DNA from: a virus
Taxonomy: Duplodnaviria; Caudoviricetes
Length of the DNA stretch: 51,505 bases
Reading direction: 5' to 3' (one strand)
Virus record (IMG/VR): IMGVR_UViG_3300035138_000049
Span: 1 to 51,505 of that record
Position numbers and translations under genes: made by a program. The notes beneath the pieces are model-generated. The model saw only the letters and a list, made by a program, of their open reading frames with translations, did not search any database and was not told the origin of the DNA. Below, piece after piece: positions 45,018 to 51,505 of this stretch (its first letter is position 1; every line of letters begins with the position of its first letter).

Positions 45018-46092
45018 TTCTGCTGCCTCCGTCCCTTACTGCGCGCTGAGCCGCGCGTCGTGCGTACTGGTGCTGGCGGTCGCGACGACGTCGCCGCGCT
45101 CGCGCTCTGCGTCCCGCACCAGCCAACCGGCGGTCGAGCGCACCCCAGTCGATGTTTAGCGTGTGACCGTGTTGGTCGTCGGGGCTGGCGATGATGATCA
45201 TTCCCGCCCCCTGTGCGCCGCGCACTCCGCTTCGCTTGCGGCCCGCGACTGGCGAACCGCAATCCTCCGGAAGCCATCAGCTCTGACCTGATGGCCCCCG
45301 CCAAAAAGCCTGACACCTACATGCCAGTTCTTCAGGGAGGCCCGGCGCAGCCCCGTCGCCCGATTCCGATTCGCCTGCCTGTTGCTCATCACTTCACCTC
45401 CGTAACCGGGACCGCTGCCCCGATACGATTGTCTACAAGCCGCCGAACGCTCGCGGTCCAGCGGCCCGAATTCCAGATGCACGTCACGTTGCCAAACAGC
45501 GCCTTGATGGTGGCTGGATAACGCAGATCGTCGCGGCCTGCCAGGGCAGAGAGCACCTGGAAGCGGCGCTTGGGCGCGTTCCGCAAGACGACCGTGCCGG
45601 GCACAGGGTTGTCGCGCGTGACGCCGACCTGGTACGTGCGGGGGATGGTGCCGTTCACAGTAGCACCACCGCGACGACGAACCCGGCGACGAACCCGGCG
45701 ACGATGAGGAGGATCACGGCCAGCGTGGGGCTGATCGCGCGATTGGCCGGCGCGGGGACCGGCGGGTTGAGCCATTCGAGCGGGTCGATCAAGTCGTCGC
45801 GGTTTTTCATGACAATCTCGCTATGACCTGAATGATCACGGCGGCCAGCGCCACGGCGATCACAAACGCGTTGAAGAGCGTCCCGTTGTCTGCGCTCTCG
45901 TTGGAATGTTTGTCGCTCATTGGTGTCTCACGCCCTTTCGAGTTCGCCGCGCCTGGCCGGCGGGGCAGGTGCAATCGACGAGTCGCATGGTTTTGGGGTT
46001 GAGGCGCCGACCGCTGCCGAGGCACTTCGGGCACACGCCCCGCCGCTTCAGGTCAGCGCTCGCGTCTTCGAGGATATCTTGCATCTTGCGGG

Positions 46093-46788
46093 TCATGCCT
46101 GCACCTCCGGCGCGGCGAGCGCGTCGGCAGCGCCGGCCATGTCGCCGTCGAGCGCCATGACGAGCAGCGCGGGACTGTTGAACGTGACCGCGCCGAGGCG
46201 GCCGGCGTACCCTGCCTCCAGGAGCGCGCGCGCCATCGCCGGTACCGACCAGTTCGTAATCGAGGCGTGGGCCTCTATGCGGTTGTTGTCGAACGTGTGA
46301 AGAACGATGAAGCGGGGGTCGCCGTGGGGGGCGGCGAATTCGAGCACCTCGATGTCGTGGTCGCTGGCGATCTGCGAGTCGCTCATGTCGCAGAGGCCCA
46401 TGACCCAGTTGAAGTGCTCCTCGCAGTAGCGCTCGGTGTACTGCGACGCGACGCCCTGGATCACGCATTCGTGCGTGGGGCGCTCCATGCAGTCGATCTT
46501 TGCGCAGAGATAGCCGTCTTCGCGCTGGCGCTCGATCTGCGCGGCGGTCGCGGCGGTGCTGAGATCATCGCGCATCTGGTCGGCCCATTGCCGAGCCTCG
46601 TCGAGCTTTTCGGGGTCTAGCTGAACGAGCGCCGTGTCGTCGTAGACCGGACTCTCGGCGCGACCTTCTTCGTCGTCCCATCCGTCATCATCGACGTCCG
46701 GAGGATCATAGCGACAGGGCGGGCAAATGCCGCCTTCAAGCTCGTCGCTCTCTTCGCCACAGTAAAAACACTTGGACATACGAGCCAC
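46093..46788 (-). CDS. Acidic Cys-rich hypothetical protein, first gene of the leftward early operon
   Basis: CFYC..CPPC; AGGAGG RBS. Confidence 0.65.
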   Translation of the reverse strand: MARMSKCFYCGEESDELEGGICPPCRYDPPDVDDDGWDDEEGRAESPVYDDTALVQLDPEKLDEARQWADQMRDDLSTAATAAQIERQREDGYLCAKIDCMERPTHECVIQGVASQYTERYCEEHFNWVMGLCDMSDSQIASDHDIEVLEFAAPHGDPRFIVLHTFDNNRIEAHASITNWSVPAMARALLEAGYAGRLGAVTFNSPALLVMALDGDMAGAADALAAPEVQA

Positions 46789-46906
46789 CTCCTGAGTGGT
46801 TGACGCGGAGGCGGCCCCATGGGATAATGGAGTCGCCCGCGCTGCAAATTACGGGTTGAGGTTGGCGCTAGCTTCAAGGTTTAGCGCCAGCCTCTATTTG
46901 TTTTCA

Positions 46907-46935
46907 AGCATATCATACTATATGGATAATGTCAA
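46907..46935 (-). promoter_or_regulatory. Leftward early promoter
   Basis: TTGACA-17-TATGCT with TG extension. Confidence 0.8.
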
Positions 46936-46979
46936 GCTATTTTTCGGCATTCTATCTATATAGCACCGTTCTATATAGG

Positions 46980-47008
46980 TTGACACATGGCACGGTATAT
47001 GATATCAT
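46980..47008 (+). promoter_or_regulatory. Rightward early promoter
   Basis: TTGACA-17-TATCAT; two CTATATAG palindromes between the divergent promoters. Confidence 0.8.
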
Positions 47009-47037
47009 CGTATCAGTTTATTGAAAGGAGGCGCAGC

Positions 47038-47304
47038 GTGAGTAGAACGCGAGTTGTGAGCCGCGTCGGAGAGTTGCTGGCGGCAAAGGAAAAACTTGAA
47101 GGTCGCCGGATCACAAACAAGGAAATCGCGGACGCTACCGGAATGAATCCGACCAGTATCAACGAGTGGCGATGGGGCGACGTTGGCCGCTTTGACCAAA
47201 ACATGATCGCCGCCTGGTGCGACTACCTTGACATCGGGCCGGGCGAACTGTTCGTGGTCGAAAGAGACACCGAGGATTTTAGCGTTGCCGCCAGCATAGC
47301 ATAA
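47038..47304 (+). CDS. XRE/Cro-C1-type HTH regulator
   Basis: ITNKEIADATGMNPTSINEW...CDYLDIGPGELF; AAGGAGG RBS. Confidence 0.9.
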   Translation: MSRTRVVSRVGELLAAKEKLEGRRITNKEIADATGMNPTSINEWRWGDVGRFDQNMIAAWCDYLDIGPGELFVVERDTEDFSVAASIA

Positions 47305-47440
47305 AACAATGACGGCCCCTCTAATGGGACCGCCACCTTCCTACCCGCCTTCGCTTGCCAGCAGCGCGGGGTTCATTATCTGCCTAGCGGCAGAGTAACG
47401 ACATTATGATTGCAAACGCTAACTGCAAACCGTTTACCAA

Positions 47441-47780
47441 TTGCGCCATATCCATATTCTGTGATACAATGACCCTATCACGTCCTCTGGCGGGAAGGCC
47501 GGTTCGTCCATCCTCAACCCCTAGCGCGGGCCGTATGTTCGATACCGACCTCCCCGCCAGAGGGCGCGATGCATTCTGTGATAAACCCCACCCGAAGCTG
47601 CAACATATATTTCTGGAGATAACAGCGCGGCATAATGCGCGCGAGTCGTTCTCTCATCCATCCTCACCCCGGAGTCTAGCACAACCGGATAACAAATACA
47701 AGGGCGCGTATACATTCACCGTAGCACAAAAAGCGTATTTTGTGACTGAGCTGGTCGGCCAAAACCCAGGGAGAGTAAAA
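47441..47780 (+). ncRNA. Promoter plus long structured leader or sRNA
   Basis: TTGCGC-18-TACAAT (extended -10); 20-bp stem 47484-47503/47544-47563; repeated TCCATCCTCA. Confidence 0.45.
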
Positions 47781-47782
47781 AA

Positions 47783-47920
47783 ATGTCGAGTAGAAACGTT
47801 GCGCTCGTTGCGATAGCCGCCATTTTTCTCATTGCCGTCTGCATGGTCTGTTATTCGCTGGCCGTTCTGGCCGGCCTTATAGGAGCAATAATTCCATGGA
47901 TACTTTTACTTTTCTCATAG
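47783..47920 (+). CDS. 45-aa hydrophobic peptide (not in ORF track)
   Basis: MSSRNVALVAIAAIFLIAVCMVCYSLAVLAGLIGAIIPWILLLFS; GGGAG upstream. Confidence 0.45.
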   Translation: MSSRNVALVAIAAIFLIAVCMVCYSLAVLAGLIGAIIPWILLLFS

Positions 47921-48312
47921 TCGGCCTGGCCGTCGGGTCGCTCGCAGCGATATCGCTCACCGCGCTCGTGCGCGGGGGCGTGCGCAATATCCAGCACGGT
48001 GGCGTGCAAATTGTCACAGCTACCAAGGGCTGGGAGAAAGCGCGCGAAATTGAACAGATCGAGGACGCGACCGCGAACATCGTCGCCGCTCTATGCGAAT
48101 GCCAAACCGCAATTGAACTTGTTACTGCCGCCGCCGATGGTCGTTTCAATGGCGATCTGGACGCGGCGATGAGCGAGCGCTTCGGCGCTGCCATTGATGC
48201 AATGAAGAGACAGCACGTCACGCTCGCGCGACATCGCAGCGGCGAGCAAGCGGCATCCGAGGTCGCGCTGTTTTATGAAAAAATGGCGAACGAGCGCGAG
48301 AATGGATTGTAG
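47896..48312 (+). CDS. Hypothetical protein with N-terminal TM helix
   Basis: AGGAG RBS. Confidence 0.65.
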   Translation: MDTFTFLIVGLAVGSLAAISLTALVRGGVRNIQHGGVQIVTATKGWEKAREIEQIEDATANIVAALCECQTAIELVTAAADGRFNGDLDAAMSERFGAAIDAMKRQHVTLARHRSGEQAASEVALFYEKMANERENGL

Positions 48313-48314
48313 CC

Positions 48315-48345
48315 TGAGCATTGCCCAGGGCTGCGGAGTCGCGCG
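48315..48345 (+). repeat. 31-bp direct repeat, left copy
   Basis: 29/31 identical to 48978-49008. Confidence 0.85.
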
Positions 48346-48354
48346 CTTTAACAT

Positions 48355-48496
48355 GGGCGGGTGGCTGTTGCCAACGAGTATTCAATAGACGACTGCGTCA
48401 GGATTGCAACCTGAGCAATACGATTGAATACGGGAACAAAAGCAAGTTATTGCAATCACTGCTTGCTTGGCGGTTCAATTCCGCCCCCGCCCTACC
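48355..48496 (+). ncRNA. tRNA-like RNA with expanded core
   Basis: 7-bp acceptor GGGCGGG/CCCGCCT + A, T-arm GGCGG-TTCAATT-CCGCC, internal hairpins with ATTGCAA loops, no D-arm. Confidence 0.65.
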
Positions 48497-48520
48497 CGCT
48501 TATTTGAACGGAGGCTGCTA

Positions 48521-49078
48521 ATGTTTCCTGAACTCGGTTATTGGATGCCCGCGAAGGACGGCGACCTGCGCGCCCTGGCGCTGTACCGCCGCCACTACAG
48601 CTACTACGAGTACGCCGACGGCCGGCGGCGGCCTGGGTCGCCGAACTGGACGCTGATAGCCGGCCCTGGCGAGAAGATGGTGCTGCTCACGTCACGCGCC
48701 GATGCCCTGTTCGTGTGGCGGAAGTTCATCTCGATGAACGACCAGGGCGGCGTCAACTGCGCGGTCTTCCGCAACGAGGGCGACGTGCTCAGCAGCGCGC
48801 TTATTCGTGAGGCCATGCAGTTGGCGTGGCGTCGCTGGCCGGGCGAGCGGCTGTATACCTACGTGGATCCCGCCAAGGTCAAGAGCGCGAACCCCGGCTA
48901 CTGCTTCAAGGTGGCGGGGTGGAAGGCGTGCGGTACAACGAAAGTGAATAGTTTGCTTATCTTAGAGGCGTTTCCCTTGAGCACCGCCCAGGGCTGCGGA
49001 GTCGCGCGTTTGCCAGATTGGCGCGGCTCCGTGGCCCTGGGGAGCGCTCAAGCGCTTCTGCCGCCGGGGATTTTGTAA
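48521..49078 (+). CDS. Mom-like (GNAT-fold) DNA modification protein, putative
   Basis: RRHYS, CAVFRNEG, LSSALI, LYTYVD, NPGYCFKVAGWK. Confidence 0.7.
   Translation: MFPELGYWMPAKDGDLRALALYRRHYSYYEYADGRRRPGSPNWTLIAGPGEKMVLLTSRADALFVWRKFISMNDQGGVNCAVFRNEGDVLSSALIREAMQLAWRRWPGERLYTYVDPAKVKSANPGYCFKVAGWKACGTTKVNSLLILEAFPLSTAQGCGVARLPDWRGSVALGSAQALLPPGIL
48978..49008 (+). repeat. 31-bp direct repeat, right copy (5' arm of long hairpin 48976-49052)
   Basis: Pairs with 49021-49052 including G-U pairs. Confidence 0.85.
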
Positions 49079-49131
49079 CGATGGGGGTCGTTGCTGGGGT
49101 CGCCGGCGGCACGCATAACTGAGGTGAAAAC

Positions 49132-49362
49132 ATGACCATCTACGGCAAAAACGAAAAAGGCGTATGGCACGACATGACGAGCACCGATCCGCCGGTGACG
49201 CTGTGCGGGCTTACACTCCGCTCGCCGATGCTGACCAACGCCGTGCCGGGCGATAACCGTTGCAAACGCTGCGCAGAGTACCGGCTGCACGAGCGGCAGG
49301 TGGGAAAGCAGCTTGCCGGTGACTACCGGCACTACTACAGGTATGAGGTACCGAGGACATGA
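49132..49362 (+). CDS. Small Zn-binding hypothetical protein
   Basis: WH..TLCG..CKRC; GAGGTG RBS. Confidence 0.6.
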   Translation: MTIYGKNEKGVWHDMTSTDPPVTLCGLTLRSPMLTNAVPGDNRCKRCAEYRLHERQVGKQLAGDYRHYYRYEVPRT

Positions 49363-49431
49363 ACGCGGGCGGCCACATAGTACGGGCTGGAGGTCGCCGT
49401 TAAGTGAGCGGAGCAACTTTGCTAGGACGGC

Positions 49432-50595
49432 ATGATGGAAGATCAACCAGAATACGACGGACATAAAAGCTACGCTTCCGGGTATATCGCGCGAGAACGG
49501 GCAGAGCAGCGTATTGTTAAAGTGCCGCTCGACTATGTAGATATGATGAACGGAAACGTCTACGCGGCGATGCTGCTCGCCCAAATCGTTTACTGGCATG
49601 GCGCAGACAGCGAGGGTAAGTCACGGCTCAAAGTCAAGCGTGATGGCCACTGGTGGTTAGCCAAAGAGTATAAGGATTGGTGGGACGAGTGCCGCATACG
49701 CGAGGGTACCGCCAGGAAACACATTGACCAGATGGTTAAGAGCGGTATTCTTATTCGAAAGCACTTCCGTTTCGGCGGAATGCGCACCACGCACCTACGC
49801 ATTGATTGGAAGATTTTCAAAGAAAAACTTGCCGAGGTGCAGGACGTCAATGCACCCCCGGTCAGCTATAACGTAGCTGACCGGAACGCTACAACGTATC
49901 CGACCGGAACGCTACAACGTAGCGGACCCTTAACAGAGACTACTACAGAGAATACTACAACAAGAGCCGATGACGCTGCCGGCTGCGATTTCGACGACCT
50001 CCCCACCATGCACGACAACACCGAGTTCATCACGGGCGAGAAGCCTAACGGCCGCAAAGCCCAGGATGACTTACAGGTCATGGCCCGTCCGGTCTACGCC
50101 GTTCTGCTGTCCACCGGTATTAATCCAACCTCGGCGATCAAGGCCGCGCGGTGGATACCCGCCAGCGTCGCGTTTGGCTCGGTGTTCCAGTGGCTTAGCC
50201 GGCAGGTCGAGGAGACTGTGGCAAACGGACACTTGCGCGGATTGTTCGCGCAGCAGATCACAAACCCGACCATGAAGCCGCCGCCAAAGTTCGTGACTCT
50301 TGCCAAGTTGGACGAGGCACGGCGCCACGACCTGACGCTTTACGTCCGTGCCATTCAAGCGCACCCAGAACAGCAAGAGCACCCGCCGGCAAAATGGGTT
50401 GGCGCATCGCAGAAAACCGTAGACCTGTTTCTGTCCATTTGCACGCGCGGCTCAAACCGCGACCCGACGAAACACTACGCATGGCGAGACGATAGCGCGC
50501 TATGGCCTGCCGTCGAGGCGTGGGCTGGCGAGGATGCGTGGACCGAAGACGTGAATGCTTGGATCGAGAGCAAGCGGCAGGAGGTTACAGCGTGA
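49432..50595 (+). CDS. Phage replication initiator
   Basis: N-terminal wHTH (AMLLAQIVYW, WWLAKEYKDW, THLRID), iteron-bearing linker, TETTTENT; upstream of dnaB. Confidence 0.85.
   Translation: MMEDQPEYDGHKSYASGYIARERAEQRIVKVPLDYVDMMNGNVYAAMLLAQIVYWHGADSEGKSRLKVKRDGHWWLAKEYKDWWDECRIREGTARKHIDQMVKSGILIRKHFRFGGMRTTHLRIDWKIFKEKLAEVQDVNAPPVSYNVADRNATTYPTGTLQRSGPLTETTTENTTTRADDAAGCDFDDLPTMHDNTEFITGEKPNGRKAQDDLQVMARPVYAVLLSTGINPTSAIKAARWIPASVAFGSVFQWLSRQVEETVANGHLRGLFAQQITNPTMKPPPKFVTLAKLDEARRHDLTLYVRAIQAHPEQQEHPPAKWVGASQKTVDLFLSICTRGSNRDPTKHYAWRDDSALWPAVEAWAGEDAWTEDVNAWIESKRQEVTA
49865..49921. repeat. Iterons, probable replication origin
   Basis: GACCGGAACGCTACAACGTA at 49879 and 49902 plus a partial third copy, 23-bp period. 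Confidence 0.75.
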
Positions 50596-50798
50596 AAATC
50601 CGTTACGTGTTGATCGTGCAGAATTTGGACGGCACGAACGAGGCGACCGAACACGAGACGTTCGAGGCGGCGCTTGAGCAGATGCGCGTCACCGCCGGCC
50701 GCGACGCCCATGTCGAGGTGCTGGACGTTACCGGCCAGGTCGTCAACACCATCAAGTACGTCGCCCGCACCGTCACGACCTGGGAGCTGGCGTCATGA
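50592..50798 (+). CDS. Hypothetical protein
   Basis: Coupled between initiator and dnaB. Confidence 0.6.
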   Translation: MKIRYVLIVQNLDGTNEATEHETFEAALEQMRVTAGRDAHVEVLDVTGQVVNTIKYVARTVTTWELAS

Positions 50799-51505
50799 GC
50801 GAGGCGCCTATTCAAGACGCGGAAGCCGAAGGAGCGGTAATCGGTGCAGTCCTGATCGACCCGGAGCGTCGGTACGATATGGCGTTTCTGGAAGCCAGCG
50901 ACTTCTTCATCGTCCGCCACCGGTGGATCTGGAGCGCGATTCAGCGCCTCCACGCGCGCGGCGACGCCATCGATTACATGACCGTGGTGGACGAGCTTCA
51001 AGCGCACGACCAGCTCGAAGAGGCCGGCGGCCCGGTGTACATCACGCACCTGATCAACAATACGCCGATTTCGCGCCATGCCGAAACCTACGCACGCATC
51101 GTGCAGCGCAGCGCGTACCGCCGGCGGCTGCTAGACGCCATCGGGGAAATCGCAATCCTGGCGCACGACGAAACCACGCCGGTGGAGGAGCTGCACGACC
51201 GGGCGCGGGCATTCGTGGACGGCGCGGCCGGCAACATCGCGACGCGCGATATCGTGACCATGTTCGAGGCGGTGGGCGCGCACGTGGACAAAGTCGTCGC
51301 GGCCCAGGCCGAGCCGGAGGCGGCGCGCGGTATCCCGACCGGGTACGGCAACCTCGACGGTACATTCGATATTCTCAGGGCCAGCAAATTGGTCACGGTG
51401 GCGGGCAGGCCGGGCATGGGCAAGACCTCGCTCATGCTCAACTGGGCAAGCGGTGCCTGGCGCACGGGTGCCCGTGTCGCCTTTTTCAGCCTGGAGATGG
51501 ACACC
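50795..51505 (+). CDS. dnaB: Replicative DNA helicase, N-terminal part (not in ORF track because it runs off the end)
   Basis: EAEGAVIGAVL, DFFIVRHRWIW, GGPVYI, RGIPTGY; in frame with 11-751. Confidence 0.92.
   Translation, partial: MSEAPIQDAEAEGAVIGAVLIDPERRYDMAFLEASDFFIVRHRWIWSAIQRLHARGDAIDYMTVVDELQAHDQLEEAGGPVYITHLINNTPISRHAETYARIVQRSAYRRRLLDAIGEIAILAHDETTPVEELHDRARAFVDGAAGNIATRDIVTMFEAVGAHVDKVVAAQAEPEAARGIPTGYGNLDGTFDILRASKLVTVAGRPGMGKTSLMLNWASGAWRTGARVAFFSLEMDT
51379..51505. repeat. Terminal overlap identical to 1-127
   Basis: Exact match. Confidence 0.95.

Noticed and set aside
45676-45704. 12-bp tandem repeat GACGAACCCGGC
   Set aside because: Encodes VAGF-VAGF in a small TM peptide on the - strand; ordinary coding duplication.
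48355-48496. Canonical tRNA-Ala/Cys or tmRNA
   Set aside because: No D-arm, core far too long for a tRNA, no G3:U70, and too short with no tag ORF for tmRNA; kept as tRNA-like only.

Overview
Complete, circularly assembled genome of a temperate long-tailed (siphovirus-like) bacteriophage of about 51,378 bp. The last 127 nt repeat the first 127 nt, and the contig is opened inside dnaB. The + strand runs from replication (initiator with iterons, DnaB) and accessory enzymes (Dam-like MTase, HslV-like Ntn hydrolase, SGNH hydrolase) through terminase, an unusual portal-2H phosphoesterase-MuF fusion, protease-capsid fusion, and neck and tail genes to about 29.8 kb. The - strand (46.9 to 29.9 kb) carries early, recombination and DNA-modification genes and a XerC/D-like tyrosine recombinase. 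Five things stand out. (1) Directly downstream of the recombinase are three tandem self-contained modules, each opened by a conserved palindromic CCCC-TAAAAA-NT-GGGG site at fixed distance from a near-consensus sigma70 promoter and each carrying cargo plus its own HTH_17/excisionase-like gene, a candidate cassette array. (2) A tRNA-like RNA plus a Mom-like gene are bracketed by a 31-bp direct repeat. (3) A hammerhead-like ribozyme and other structured RNAs are present. (4) A C5 methyltransferase is split over two overlapping frames. (5) No endolysin is recognisable. A Chloroflexota (Anaerolineae-like) host is a weak inference from protein composition only. All family assignments come from motif recognition by eye; no searches were run.
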